Notes: generated by a model from the letters alone, not told the origin. Counted from the first letter of the stretch, positions 1 through 10,912 are shown. The stretch is DNA of 64,000 nucleotides from an uncultured Candidatus Saccharibacteria bacterium (GCA_964611205.1 CAZSZB010000002.1:74609-138608); one strand, 5' to 3'. A program made the numbers and translations.

Positions 1-1
1 C

Positions 2-334
2 AATCATTGGCCAATGTTCTTTCATTTCTTTTTTGAATTCTCTTATATCAGCTTGCGAAGCATCCTTCACTTTGCCGTAAGTTTTTGAGATTCCTTCTAT
101 CAGATCATTAAATTCTCTCTCAGTCATTTCTTCCGCTGTTTCTAAAGCTTCAAGCACTTCGGCTTTTGCTTTGAGCATCCAACTCTTCACCTTGCGTCGA
201 TTCTGTTTAGCATTTTTTGAACCTGCTAAAAAATAAGCTCCCGCCGCAGCAACAGCAGCGGCTGTTAATCCTACACCAATACCTACCTTTTCCTTTGTTC
301 CTAATGTCGATTTTTTAGAATTTTTCTTTGCCAT
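2..334 (-). CDS. Hypothetical YtxH-like membrane-anchored protein (partial, runs off window start)
   Basis: Not in ORF track. ATG at 334 on minus strand reads MAKKNSKKSTLGTKEKVGIGVGLTAAAVAAAGAYFLAGSKNAKQNRRKVKSW... and stays open to the window edge; one hydrophobic helix followed by a charged helical region. Confidence 0.7.
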   Translation of the reverse strand, partial: MAKKNSKKSTLGTKEKVGIGVGLTAAAVAAAGAYFLAGSKNAKQNRRKVKSWMLKAKAEVLEALETAEEMTEREFNDLIEGISKTYGKVKDASQADIREFKKEMKEHWPMI

Positions 335-353
335 AGACTTAGAATTAAACTTA

Positions 354-644
354 CTAATTATCTTCTTTTTTACTAGTCTTAGTTGCTCGTTTATTTTTTG
401 CTCTTGTTCCCGGTAGTAATGACAGAACAAATTGGAGTAAACCAGCTACATTCAGCGATGAACGAATTTTTTCCAAGTCTTCAGCCAAAACAACACTACC
501 GGCTTCGACTCTTTCTGTAATCCGTCGCAACGCCTTAACTATTTTTATTAAATGAAACACGAGGATTGATACCAAAATAGTGAAAAGAATCACTGCTACT
601 GAAGTGATAATAAAAAATATGTTGGCCTGCAAAACCTCTGTCAT
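354..644 (-). CDS. Small membrane protein (DUF948-like architecture)
   Basis: N-terminal TM segment, then coiled coil and basic tail; co-oriented with neighbours. Confidence 0.65.
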   Translation of the reverse strand: MTEVLQANIFFIITSVAVILFTILVSILVFHLIKIVKALRRITERVEAGSVVLAEDLEKIRSSLNVAGLLQFVLSLLPGTRAKNKRATKTSKKEDN

Positions 645-669
645 ATTATTATTTTAACACTAAACTAAT

Positions 670-1767
670 CTAACCTTTGCACTTAGTGAGAAAATGGTGG
701 ACAATCTTTTCTACTTCAGCTGGTGAATTGCTAGCCATTAATTCATTTCTTAGTTCAGCAGCCCCTGGAAAACCACTAACGTAAGCTTTGTAATGTTTCT
801 TCATAGTAGCGAAGCTCTTGTGTGGCAATAATTCGGTAAATAATTTTGAATGTTCTATCATCACAGTCAGACGTTCTGACAAAGTAACATAATCAACCGA
901 TGAATTATTTCTGTCCTCGGTCATAATCGAGTCCCGATCCACGCCATGAGTTGGCAAGGTATGCAATCTTACCGGTAGTTGTCTATTTGGGTTAAAAAAC
1001 CATGGGTTTCCAAACAAAGCACGTCCAATCATTGCACCATCGACCCCTGACTCAGAAACTTTTTTCTTGGCATCTGCTAAAGACAACACATCACCGTTGC
1101 CAATAATTAGAGTGTCTGGTGACAATTGATCACGAATTTCTACCGCTCGCCTGAGTCTTTCCCAACGGGCTGGCACCTTACTCATTTCCTTACGCGTACG
1201 GGCGTGGAGAGTGACAGCTGCCGGCGATTCTTTCAGAATCGCCGGCAGCCATTCTTCCAACTGATCCTCATTGTATCCTAAACGAGTCTTAACACTGACC
1301 GGAATACCGTCTGGTTTATCCATCTTTGTCCCACGTTTAGCGGCCCTAATAACAGCCGCCGCTTTAAGCGGATCTTTAATCATAGCGGAACCACAACCCT
1401 GCTTCTCAATCGAACGATCTGGACAGCCCATATTGATATCAACACCATCAAATCCTAGTTCCAAACAAAGACGAGCAGCATATTCCATATACTCTTCGTT
1501 ACTGGTAAAGAGTTGAGCAACTATCGGTCGTTCTTCTTCACTATATATAAGATCGGCCAATAATTTTTCTTTACCTTCAGGGGTAGCCCGTACTATTCCG
1601 TCGGCAGCCACGAACTCTGTCCACATCACATCGGGACCACCAACAGTTCCGTCAGCTCTTTTATGAGCGGAGTATTTTGTAATCATTCTGCGAAAAGCCG
1701 CATCTGTGACATCGGCCATTGGAGCCACTGCCATAATCGGCTTTGATAAGTTTTCCCAAAAATTCAT
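670..1767 (-). CDS. tRNA-dihydrouridine synthase (Dus family)
   Basis: APMADVTD, INMGCP, VSVKTRLG, TLHART, GNGDV and MIGRA motifs. Confidence 0.95.
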   Translation of the reverse strand: MNFWENLSKPIMAVAPMADVTDAAFRRMITKYSAHKRADGTVGGPDVMWTEFVAADGIVRATPEGKEKLLADLIYSEEERPIVAQLFTSNEEYMEYAARLCLELGFDGVDINMGCPDRSIEKQGCGSAMIKDPLKAAAVIRAAKRGTKMDKPDGIPVSVKTRLGYNEDQLEEWLPAILKESPAAVTLHARTRKEMSKVPARWERLRRAVEIRDQLSPDTLIIGNGDVLSLADAKKKVSESGVDGAMIGRALFGNPWFFNPNRQLPVRLHTLPTHGVDRDSIMTEDRNNSSVDYVTLSERLTVMIEHSKLFTELLPHKSFATMKKHYKAYVSGFPGAAELRNELMASNSPAEVEKIVHHFLTKCKG

Positions 1768-1867
1768 AGTCAGAGTACTTTACTAAAGAGTTCACCAAAC
1801 GCAACTATACTTAATGCAGTAACTAATCTCTCCGTTAAATAACTTTATTGAAAACATATCTCTCAAC

Positions 1868-1921
1868 AAAAGTCCGCCAAAGACCACTATCATATATGAT
1901 AGTGGTCTTTGGCGGACTTTT
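1868..1921. repeat. 54-bp perfect loop-less palindrome with core CCACTATCATATATGATAGTGG
   Basis: aaaagtccgccaaagaccactatcata|tatgatagtggtctttggcggactttt; the same 22-bp core occurs at 13322-13343. Confidence 0.95.
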
Positions 1922-1947
1922 TACCCTTCTACTCTTTGCGTTTAGAT

Positions 1948-2871
1948 TTACTCTAAGCCCGATTCATCTGGTAATTCTATTGTATCTATTACAGTCTCAG
2001 CTCCCTCCTCTGCAACTTTCTCTTCAATTTCTTCTTCGTTTACAAAAACTTTATCTCCAAAGCGCAAGTCAATATATTCAAAATTGTCTGGCTTTAAGTG
2101 CGAAAACTCATTTGATTTCAAAATTGTTAACAAATTTTTAAAAGTAGTATCGATATTAATCATTTGAGAAACTTTTATAATCCCTCCGCCAACCAGAGTG
2201 TACTCAATATCATAATCATCTACTTTCTCAATATGGGTAATGTACCAACCGGTTTCAGACCGTAAGTGCTCAGCGAACAATAAATTATTACTCATAAACT
2301 TAGGAGAAAAAACTGCTTGGTGTTTGCCGAAAGTAACTCCTCCAGAAATAAACCGGAGAAACGCATTTCCGTCTAATTCTGGGGCTTCGGTGAAAGCATA
2401 ACCTTCATTATCTAAAAACAGACAATCATCATCTTCTTTATTTTCACACCACAGACCTATTGGTATATATTCTTTGTACTTTACCAAGACTGTATCATCG
2501 TTCAAATCGACCTCGACCTCCTTTATACGATCAATAGCCTTTACTCGACTGATGACTGTATCAACTGGAAATGTGGGTCTGAAACTTTTAGGAATCAAAT
2601 GAAAATAAGTACCCGTGAAAGCTTTTTTGGTAATACCAACGACTTTACCCGGGGGAACGGTCTTGTTCCCCACTACCTCTACTTTTGTTATTTGCAAGGA
2701 GTCTATTCGGCTCACCTTATATGTAGCTGTTATCAAAGCCGCTAAAAACAAAGTTAATAGAATACCGACAATAATCTGACGATAAATTAACTGTTGTTTA
2801 TAATTAGTTGTTCTTACAGTCTTTTTTCTTTGTTTTGAAGACCTTTTTTTATTTTGTGAGCGCAGTGACAT
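1948..2871 (-). CDS. Cell division protein FtsQ/DivIB-like
   Basis: Basic N-terminus, single TM, POTRA-like segment (ITKVEVVGN), C-terminal YIDLRFGDKVF motif. Confidence 0.75.
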   Translation of the reverse strand: MSLRSQNKKRSSKQRKKTVRTTNYKQQLIYRQIIVGILLTLFLAALITATYKVSRIDSLQITKVEVVGNKTVPPGKVVGITKKAFTGTYFHLIPKSFRPTFPVDTVISRVKAIDRIKEVEVDLNDDTVLVKYKEYIPIGLWCENKEDDDCLFLDNEGYAFTEAPELDGNAFLRFISGGVTFGKHQAVFSPKFMSNNLLFAEHLRSETGWYITHIEKVDDYDIEYTLVGGGIIKVSQMINIDTTFKNLLTILKSNEFSHLKPDNFEYIDLRFGDKVFVNEEEIEEKVAEEGAETVIDTIELPDESGLE

Positions 2872-2927
2872 AATGACGAATATATTTTAATACGCATCAC
2901 AACATTATTAATCTATTGTTAGCAATA

Positions 2928-4196
2928 TTATTCTTTGGTAATCAAATCCTTACCCATGTATTTTTGTAAAGGTTCCGGTATTTTGATTGATCCATCTGCC
3001 TGTTGAAAGTTCTCAATTAATGAAACTAGGATGCGTGGAGTTGGAATAGCAGTACAGTTAAGAGAGTGGGCATAACGCATTTTACCTTCCTCATCTTTGT
3101 AACGAATATTAAATCGGCGTGTTTGAAAATCATGGAAGTATGAAGCTGAGCTAATCTCTCGATATTTATTTTCTAATGGAACCCATAACTCAATATCATA
3201 CTTTTTAACTTGACCCTGTCCTAAGTCACCGCCACAGTTAAGAACAGTGTGATATGGGATGTTTAAACTCTCAATAAATTCTTCAGTATTACGATTAAGC
3301 CACTCATGGTACTTTACACTTTCTTCATGCGAAGCTTCGCATAACATCACTTGTTCAACTTTATAGAATTCATGGACCCGGATAAGACCTTTAGTATCCT
3401 TCCCGTGAGAACCGGCCTCACGTCTGTAGCAAGGTGAAAAACCAAGGAATTTAACTGGGAATTGTGATTTTTCTAAAACTTCATCTGCATAATAACCCAT
3501 CACTGAAACTTCTGACGTACCGATTAGATAATCATCATCTTGAGTATTGTAAACATCCTCCGCATCGTTTGGTAAATGTCCGGTTCCGTATAGGTTAGCT
3601 TTACGTACTATAGTCGGCGGTAATATTGGAGTAAAACCTTTGGCTCCAAAAAAGTCTTGAGCATAATTCCAAATCGCCCAAGTTAAACGAGCTCCATCAC
3701 CCAGCAAAAAATATCCACGGAAACCATGGACTTTGGTTCCGCGTTCAAAATCTGCCATACCTAAATTGGTCATAATCTCAACGTGATCCTTTGGCTCAAA
3801 ATCAAACTGTGGTTTTTCTCCCCAAGTTTTTATTTCTTCATTATCTTCATCGCTGTCGCCTTCTGGTACTGACATATCAGGAATTTGCGGCACCTGAAGC
3901 ATAATCTTATGCCATTCCTCCATCACCTTAGCCAGCTTTTCTTCATCGGCCTGAATCTCGTTTTTTAAAGCACTCATTTCGGTAATGAGCTGTTGCCGCA
4001 CAATGTCATCATTAGCTCCTGCTATCTCCTTTGAAACCCGATTTTGTTCGGCTTTTTTATCCTCCTTTTCTGTTGTAATAGCTCGTCTTTCATCATCAAG
4101 AGTCACTAGCCGATCCAGATCGACAGTTATGTGCTTCTTTTTGGCCGCCATTTTAACAATGTCCAAATTGTCACGAATAAATTTAATATCTAGCAT
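2928..4196 (-). CDS. serS: Serine--tRNA ligase
   Basis: MLDIKFIR start, coiled-coil arm, GTSEV, CYRREAGS, GLIRVHEF, EISSAS. Confidence 0.98.
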   Translation of the reverse strand: MLDIKFIRDNLDIVKMAAKKKHITVDLDRLVTLDDERRAITTEKEDKKAEQNRVSKEIAGANDDIVRQQLITEMSALKNEIQADEEKLAKVMEEWHKIMLQVPQIPDMSVPEGDSDEDNEEIKTWGEKPQFDFEPKDHVEIMTNLGMADFERGTKVHGFRGYFLLGDGARLTWAIWNYAQDFFGAKGFTPILPPTIVRKANLYGTGHLPNDAEDVYNTQDDDYLIGTSEVSVMGYYADEVLEKSQFPVKFLGFSPCYRREAGSHGKDTKGLIRVHEFYKVEQVMLCEASHEESVKYHEWLNRNTEEFIESLNIPYHTVLNCGGDLGQGQVKKYDIELWVPLENKYREISSASYFHDFQTRRFNIRYKDEEGKMRYAHSLNCTAIPTPRILVSLIENFQQADGSIKIPEPLQKYMGKDLITKE

Positions 4197-4274
4197 AAGT
4201 TATTTTGAGTCTATATGCAGATTATACAGTATTACAGGGCCAGAACAATATTTATAGCATGTTAAAATTTATTT

Positions 4275-5150
4275 ATGTCTTTTCCTATTTCTCAGGTTAA
4301 AGCTGATGATTTCCCTCCTCTTTTACGGGAAATACCACAACCTGCCGAATCATTAAACTACCGAGGCACTTTGCCTGACCCCAAACTAAAATTGCTGTGT
4401 GTAGTAGGTTCTCGTCAATATACAACCTATGGTAAACAGGTGGTTGACCAACTTATATCAGGACTTAAAGGTCATTCAGTAGGGATTATTTCTGGCTTAG
4501 CTCTCGGAATTGACTCTTTGGCTCACACAGCCGCCTTACGTAATGATTTATACACCATGGCGGTGCCAGGTAGCGGGATAGATGACGCAGTCATCTATCC
4601 CGCTCGTCACAAATCGCTCGCCAAACAAATACTAGAAGCTGGAGGTTCTCTACTTTCTGAATTTGAACCAACCTTTCAGGCCACCAAATGGTCTTTTAGT
4701 CAGCGCAATCGAATTATGGCTGGCCTTAGTCACGCTACGCTACTGATAGAAGCGGCTCCACAATCTGGAACTTTAATTACAGCTCGTCTAGCTACTGACT
4801 ACAACCGAGAATTACTAGTTGTCCCAGGTAGTATCTTTTCTACAAACAGTCAAGGGGTACATCAGTTTTTGAAGCTCGGAGCAACTCCTGTTACTGAAGC
4901 TAACGATATTCTTTACTCACTAGGAATTGATCCTGAAAAGAAGCCGTCGCAAGCTTCGTTTGAAGCAGCTCTTTCTGACCTCTCGCCAGCAGAGCAAAAA
5001 ATTATTTCCAAACTTCTTGAACCGACCGACAAAGACACCCTCATCCGAGCTAGTGGTTTACCTGCCGCTGCAGCTAATGCGCTTTTAATGCAAATGGAGA
5101 TAAACGAATTAATAATATCCGAACATAATATTTACCGTAGAAATATTTGA
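4275..5150 (+). CDS. dprA: DNA-processing protein DprA
   Basis: VVGSR, ISGLALGID, RNRIMAGLS, SGTLITA; directly upstream of topA. Confidence 0.97.
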   Translation: MSFPISQVKADDFPPLLREIPQPAESLNYRGTLPDPKLKLLCVVGSRQYTTYGKQVVDQLISGLKGHSVGIISGLALGIDSLAHTAALRNDLYTMAVPGSGIDDAVIYPARHKSLAKQILEAGGSLLSEFEPTFQATKWSFSQRNRIMAGLSHATLLIEAAPQSGTLITARLATDYNRELLVVPGSIFSTNSQGVHQFLKLGATPVTEANDILYSLGIDPEKKPSQASFEAALSDLSPAEQKIISKLLEPTDKDTLIRASGLPAAAANALLMQMEINELIISEHNIYRRNI

Positions 5151-5210
5151 ATTTAAAGTTATTGTTTGACATTGTCTGTTATACATAGTATTTGTGTACG
5201 CTACATATAT

Positions 5211-7607
5211 ATGAATACAAAGACTTCAAAAAAGACTCTGGTTATCGTTGAGTCCCCTGCCAAAGCCAAAACTATCGGTAAGTATCTTGGTAGTAACTAC
5301 ATCGTGAAGTCATCTATCGGACACGTTAGAGATTTACCTAAAAGTAACAAAGATGCAGTAGATATCGATAATGGATTTATTCCTCGCTACATCATTTCTC
5401 CAGGTAAAGAAAAAGTAATTAAGGAACTCCAGGGTGCTGCCAAGGAAGCTAAGGGGGTTCTCCTGGCAGCTGACCCTGACCGTGAAGGAGAGGCTATTGC
5501 GTGGCATGTAGCCGAACTGCTAAAAGATAGTAATAAAAATCTTAAACGAATAGTTTTTCATGAAATTACTGAACCAGCTGTGAAAGAAGCTCTAGCACAC
5601 CCGCGTGATATAGACATGCATCTTAAATCCGCCCAAGAAGCCAGACGAGTGCTAGACCGTCTTGTCGGCTATGATCTTTCTAGTTTGATCTGGAAGAAGG
5701 TTCGCTACGGATTATCTGCCGGGCGAGTGCAGTCTCCTGCTCTGCGTATCATAATGGAAAGAGAAAGAGAAATCAGAGCTTTCATTCCAGAAGATTTTTT
5801 CGTTCTGACCGCACACACCAAAAAAGATAAATTGGATATTCCTTTCGTCTGCTCAATAGAACCCAAAGATGAAGCTGAAGCTAAAAGGATTAAGAAAGTT
5901 GGTGAAGAAAATAAATGGGAAATTAAAAATATTAAAGAGAGTGAGGCAAAGCGTTCTCCGCGACCGCCCTTTACCACTTCAACCTTACAACAAGCAGCTT
6001 CTACGCGACTTGGTTTCTCACCGTCTCGCACCATGGGTGCTGCTCAAAAATTGTATGAGGCTGGTCATATCACTTACATGCGTACTGACTCTACCAACAT
6101 AAGTGATTCAGCTCTTCAACAAATATATAAGGTTATAAAAAATGAATACGGGAAAGAGTATCTCTCACCTCATACATATAAAACCAAAAGTAAATCGGCT
6201 CAAGAAGCCCATGAAGCAGTACGACCTTCTAACTTTGGTAAAAAAACAGCCGGCCTAACTAGTGATCAAAAATCTTTGTATAGTCTTATTTATGCCCGAG
6301 CTTTAGCTTCGCAAATGTCAGACGCAAAAATCAAAAGAACTAAAGTGCTAGCCAATATTCAAGAAGAAAAAGAAACTATTCCTGATTTTTCAGTCAATGG
6401 TTCACGGATTATTTTTGATGGTTGGCTAAAAGCCGATCCTAATGCCCGAGGTGAAGATGTTGAAGTGCCTAAATTGGCGATTGGAGACGCCCTTGAATTA
6501 AAAAATATAGAAATAGAAGGTAAGCAAACCCAACCACCGAATCGCTATTCGGAAGCTGGACTAATTAAAGAACTTGAAAAAAGAGGTATCGGACGACCTT
6601 CTACTTACGCTTCTATTATGAAAACGATCATTGATCGCGGTTATGTGGAAAAAGAAGGACGCACTTTAATCCCTACTGATACCGGTGATGTTGTTTCTTC
6701 TTTCTTGGAAAAGCATTTTCTAGAATATATTGATGATAACTTCACTAGCGAGATGGAAAATGAATTGGATGAGATCGCCAGCGGTAAAAGAACTTATGAA
6801 AAAACTTTAAATGATTTTTATAAACCATTCAGTAAGGCAGTTTTGGCCAAAGAAGACATTGAGAAATTAACTAACCTCGGTCAAGCGCCTAAGGAATTCA
6901 AATGTCCTATCTGTAAGAAAGATATGGTTATTAAACTCGGTCGAGGAGGAAAATTCCTTTCCTGTGAAAATTTCCCAGAATGTCATGGGGCTCGTACTAT
7001 TGAAGGTGAAGAATTAAAAGATAGCGAACCTATCGGTAATCACCCGGATACTGGTGAGCCAATCTTTGTTTTAGATGGACGTTTCGGACCCTACGTACAA
7101 TTAGGTGAAACTCCGGCTACCAAGGATGAGAACGGCAAAACTATTCCTGTGGCCAAACGTGGAGAAAAACCAAGACGGGCATCATTACCAGAAGGTACTA
7201 AACGTGAAGACATTACCCTCACTGAAGCAGTTAGATATCTTCTACTACCGCGTGAACTAGGAGAACATCCTGATACGGGCGAAGCTATATTAGCCAACGC
7301 TGGAAAATTTGGTCCCTATATAGTTCACGCTGGTGATTATAGGTCACTTAAAGGAGAGGATAATCCTTACGACATTACATATGAGAGAGCACTAAAAATA
7401 TTTAAAGAACCAAAACAGATGCGTAAAGGTGAGAAATTAGCTAAAGAATTAGGGATAAATCCAAATACGAAAAAACTAATCAACGTCTACGAATCAAAAT
7501 CAGGTTTATATCTACGTAAAGGTTTCAAAAGAGTCTCTCTACCAGATGATGTTGATTTGAAAAAATTCACTATTGAAGACGCAATAGAATTGTTGAAGAT
7601 AGGATAA
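5211..7607 (+). CDS. topA: DNA topoisomerase I
   Basis: LVIVESPAKAKTI, DPDREGEAI, SAGRVQS, ITYMRTDS; one C4 zinc ribbon plus C-terminal GRFGPY repeats. ATG 5211 preferred over TTG 5166. Confidence 0.97.
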   Translation: MNTKTSKKTLVIVESPAKAKTIGKYLGSNYIVKSSIGHVRDLPKSNKDAVDIDNGFIPRYIISPGKEKVIKELQGAAKEAKGVLLAADPDREGEAIAWHVAELLKDSNKNLKRIVFHEITEPAVKEALAHPRDIDMHLKSAQEARRVLDRLVGYDLSSLIWKKVRYGLSAGRVQSPALRIIMEREREIRAFIPEDFFVLTAHTKKDKLDIPFVCSIEPKDEAEAKRIKKVGEENKWEIKNIKESEAKRSPRPPFTTSTLQQAASTRLGFSPSRTMGAAQKLYEAGHITYMRTDSTNISDSALQQIYKVIKNEYGKEYLSPHTYKTKSKSAQEAHEAVRPSNFGKKTAGLTSDQKSLYSLIYARALASQMSDAKIKRTKVLANIQEEKETIPDFSVNGSRIIFDGWLKADPNARGEDVEVPKLAIGDALELKNIEIEGKQTQPPNRYSEAGLIKELEKRGIGRPSTYASIMKTIIDRGYVEKEGRTLIPTDTGDVVSSFLEKHFLEYIDDNFTSEMENELDEIASGKRTYEKTLNDFYKPFSKAVLAKEDIEKLTNLGQAPKEFKCPICKKDMVIKLGRGGKFLSCENFPECHGARTIEGEELKDSEPIGNHPDTGEPIFVLDGRFGPYVQLGETPATKDENGKTIPVAKRGEKPRRASLPEGTKREDITLTEAVRYLLLPRELGEHPDTGEAILANAGKFGPYIVHAGDYRSLKGEDNPYDITYERALKIFKEPKQMRKGEKLAKELGINPNTKKLINVYESKSGLYLRKGFKRVSLPDDVDLKKFTIEDAIELLKIG

Positions 7608-7634
7608 TAACTTTGGTAGTAGAATAATTTATTT

Positions 7635-7674
7635 AGAAAAAACGATGGGCTTAACAATTCCCATCGTTTTTTCT
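7635..7674 (+). terminator. Intrinsic terminator after topA
   Basis: agaaaaaacgatggg...cccatcgttttttct stem-loop. Confidence 0.75.
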
Positions 7675-7716
7675 TGATTAACTTGCTAATTATGCCGGCC
7701 AGCGTAAAATAAAAAT

Positions 7717-9255
7717 ATGAAAACTGCTAAGGAAATATACTCTCAACTCGCATCACCCACTGAGGCTGACCGTGAATTAGTAGTAAAAGCTTACAACTTC
7801 GCCACGAAAGCGCACTCCGAACACACTCGCTATTCTGGAGAACCATATATGGAACACCTGACTTCCGTAGCTTTAGATTTGGCTAAAATGGGTATGGGTC
7901 CGCGCACGATTGCCGCCGGACTACTTCATGACACCATCGAAGATACACCTGTAACAGCGGAAGATATTAAAAATGAATTTGGTGATGAAATACTCTTTCT
8001 CGTGGAGGGAGTGACTAAATTAAGTTCCGTTCGTTACTATGGTAGCGATCGCCACAACGAATCATTACGCAAACTTTTTGTAGCCACGAGCCAAGACATC
8101 AGGGTCCTGATAATAAAATTGACAGACCGTCTGCACAATATGCAGACCTTAGACCATGTACCGGCTGAAAAACAAAAACGCATAGCTACTGAAACGTTAG
8201 AAATATATGTACCAGTTGCCTACCGTTTAGGAATGGGTCGTATTCGTAAAGAGCTCGAAGACCTTGCCTTTCCCTATGTCTATCCCAAAGAATATAAAAG
8301 GGTTTGTGACTTACTTGAAGCTAAAGCTAAAAAAGCAAACATACTTTTGGAAAAAGAAAGAAAGTATCTACAAAAGAAACTGGTTGATTCCAAACTTACT
8401 AACTTTAACACTGCTTATCGTGTAAAGGGTCTCTATAGCCTTTACCAAAAACTAAAGCGACGCGATTGGGATATAGATAATATCTATGACCTGATGGCTA
8501 TGCGAGTCGTTGTTAGCTCTGTCGAGGAATGCTATCGAGCATTAGGAATCATTCATGATATCTGGCGACCCCTGCCGAGAAGAGTTAAGGATTATATTGC
8601 TTTCCCAAAACCAAATGGTTACAAATCTATACACACAACAGTCACTACTACTCACGGTAACATCTTGGAGATACAAATAAGGACCGAACAAATGCACCAT
8701 GAGGCCGAATATGGTGTGGCTTCCCATATTATTTACAAACAACAATCACTAGACGAGGAACCTAGTAGTTCTTGGTTCAACCGACTATTGCCAAATTTAT
8801 TTAGACCATTTGCCAAACGCAGCAGCGGTAGTGAAGACTTGAAAGTGACCAAAGATATTCCTCCTTCAGAAAAAATCCCGCGTTGGATTAGGCAAATTGG
8901 TGAAATGTATACCACTGAGCACTCCACCGGTGATGAATTTATTTCTGATATGCAAGAAGATTTCTTTGCTAATAGAATTTTCGTCTTTACACCCATCGGT
9001 GACGTGGTAGATCTGCCTTTAGGAGCTACTCCTATAGATTTCGCTTATGCAATTCATTCTGAAGTAGGTGACCATATTGCCGGAGTAAAGGTAAATAAAA
9101 AATTAGTTCAATTAGATACCACATTACAAAACGGAGATATTGTAGAAATTGATACCAAGAAAACCGCCAAACCGACTCATAAATGGTTAGACATTGCCAA
9201 GACTTCGGTGGCTCGACGTAAAATAAAATCCTATCTTAATACAAGTACAAAATAA
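7717..9255 (+). CDS. RelA/SpoT family (p)ppGpp synthetase/hydrolase (HD + synthetase + TGS, no ACT domain)
   Basis: RYSGEPY, LLHDTIED, DRLHNM, KDYIAFPKPNGYKSIHT, EIQIRT, TPIDFAYAIHS. Confidence 0.95.
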   Translation: MKTAKEIYSQLASPTEADRELVVKAYNFATKAHSEHTRYSGEPYMEHLTSVALDLAKMGMGPRTIAAGLLHDTIEDTPVTAEDIKNEFGDEILFLVEGVTKLSSVRYYGSDRHNESLRKLFVATSQDIRVLIIKLTDRLHNMQTLDHVPAEKQKRIATETLEIYVPVAYRLGMGRIRKELEDLAFPYVYPKEYKRVCDLLEAKAKKANILLEKERKYLQKKLVDSKLTNFNTAYRVKGLYSLYQKLKRRDWDIDNIYDLMAMRVVVSSVEECYRALGIIHDIWRPLPRRVKDYIAFPKPNGYKSIHTTVTTTHGNILEIQIRTEQMHHEAEYGVASHIIYKQQSLDEEPSSSWFNRLLPNLFRPFAKRSSGSEDLKVTKDIPPSEKIPRWIRQIGEMYTTEHSTGDEFISDMQEDFFANRIFVFTPIGDVVDLPLGATPIDFAYAIHSEVGDHIAGVKVNKKLVQLDTTLQNGDIVEIDTKKTAKPTHKWLDIAKTSVARRKIKSYLNTSTK

Positions 9256-9274
9256 ATTTATAGAGTCTTCAGAA

Positions 9275-10681
9275 TTAGATAGAAAAATTCTTCATAGAAT
9301 ATAAATCTTCTTCCTCGTCATCTTTTGCAACTACCTCAGTCTTATTGAACATAGCCTGTGGGTTTGCCGGAGGAGTGTATTGCTTCTCCCTTTCGTGCAG
9401 ATTATTTATTTGTCTTTCTACCTCATTTCTAGTTGCCACAGAATTCTCTATTTTTTCTTCAGTGTTCGGACGGTAAACTTGGCTCCCCGCTTCTCTAGCA
9501 GCATTTAATATCTGTTCTTCGAGAGAAAGTTTTTCCTCGCTCAAGATCGATGATAAATCAGCACTTTCATCATTCTCTTCTGTCACTTCTTCATCGGCAG
9601 CTGTTTCTGAAACTGATTGTTCTACCTGACTGTATCGATTGTTAGTATCTTCCTCATTTATTTTAAGCTCAGGTGGATGAATTGTATTATCAACAAAACT
9701 ATTTGCCTCTTCATCTATTTCATCACTCACCTCCTCTAATTCGGGCGATTCGTCTACAATCTCTAACGGGGTACTGTGCCCCATCTCCTCCATTGTACGT
9801 ACCACTGTTGATTCTTCAGAGCTCTCAACTTCAGTTTCATTTACCTCAGGCTCATTTTTCTTATCTAAACTCGATAATAATTTTTGTAGATCTTCTTCTG
9901 AAAAATAATCGATGGTCACCTTTCCTCCATAGTCAGTCTTAGCTATCTGTACCCTAGTACCCAAAGCAACTGTAAATTTCTTTTCTATTTCTATCAAACG
10001 CGGGTCTGAACCCTTCCAGTTCTTTTTTCGTACTTTATCCGTAGCAATTTTCCGAACAATCTGTTCTACATCTCGCACCGATAATTTCTTCAACATTATC
10101 TCTCGAAATACCACATCTTGTTCTTCTGGACGATCTTTCAACATCAACAAAGTTCGGGCATGACCTTCGTTGACATCACCTTTTTTCAAAGCCTCCAAGA
10201 TTACATCTGGTAATCCGAGCAGACGAATGGTGTTTGAAACATACATTCGTGAACGACCAACCTTTTTGGCCACTTGTTCGTGAGTGAGATTGAAAGCACT
10301 AGCCAATTGCTGGAAGGCTAAAGCCCTATCTACCGCATTTAGATCTTCACGCTGCAGGTTTTCAATAATCGCCAATTCCAACTTCTCTTGCTCTGAATCG
10401 TCGCTATCACGAATAATTACCGGCACTTGAGCTAAACCAGCTAAACGAGACGCTCGCAAGCGGCGCTCTCCGGCTATCAACTCATATTCATTACGAAAAG
10501 CACCATCCTCTAACTGAATCTCTTTTCTAGTAACAGTCAGTGGCTGCAAGATGCCGTACATACGGACAGATTCAGCCAACTCTCGAAGCTTGTCTTCATT
10601 AAATTCCCGCCGTGGTTGGTACGGATTAGGTACTATTTTTCCTACTTCTACCCAAAAAATTGAATCTCCTTGAAATGCCAT
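9275..10681 (-). CDS. parB: ParB/Spo0J partition protein with long acidic C-terminal extension
   Basis: PNPYQPRREF, LIAGERRLRA, ENLQREDLN, HTH (HEQVAKKVGRSR). Confidence 0.93.
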   Translation of the reverse strand: MAFQGDSIFWVEVGKIVPNPYQPRREFNEDKLRELAESVRMYGILQPLTVTRKEIQLEDGAFRNEYELIAGERRLRASRLAGLAQVPVIIRDSDDSEQEKLELAIIENLQREDLNAVDRALAFQQLASAFNLTHEQVAKKVGRSRMYVSNTIRLLGLPDVILEALKKGDVNEGHARTLLMLKDRPEEQDVVFREIMLKKLSVRDVEQIVRKIATDKVRKKNWKGSDPRLIEIEKKFTVALGTRVQIAKTDYGGKVTIDYFSEEDLQKLLSSLDKKNEPEVNETEVESSEESTVVRTMEEMGHSTPLEIVDESPELEEVSDEIDEEANSFVDNTIHPPELKINEEDTNNRYSQVEQSVSETAADEEVTEENDESADLSSILSEEKLSLEEQILNAAREAGSQVYRPNTEEKIENSVATRNEVERQINNLHEREKQYTPPANPQAMFNKTEVVAKDDEEEDLYSMKNFSI

Positions 10682-10829
10682 AACAAATTTAATCTACGCT
10701 GAAAAAACGAATAGTTTAATTACCACACCCTTTTATTGAACCATTTTAACACAACTATTTCCCCTGGGTGTTTATAACTTACAATTTTTCTGTTACACTC
10801 TTTGTTGCCAATTACGACTATAGGCAATC

Positions 10830-10911
10830 GCTGGAGTGGCGGAATTGGTATACGCGATGGATTCAAAACCCATTGCCTTCGGGCTTGAGGGTTCAAGTCC
10901 CTCCTCCAGCA
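10830..10911 (+). tRNA. tRNA-Leu(CAA)
   Basis: gctggag/ctccagc acceptor, GGAATTGGTA D-loop, TTCAAAA anticodon loop (A-C mismatch at base of anticodon stem), long variable arm, GGTTCAAGTCC; CCA not encoded. Confidence 0.95.
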
Positions 10912-10912
10912 C

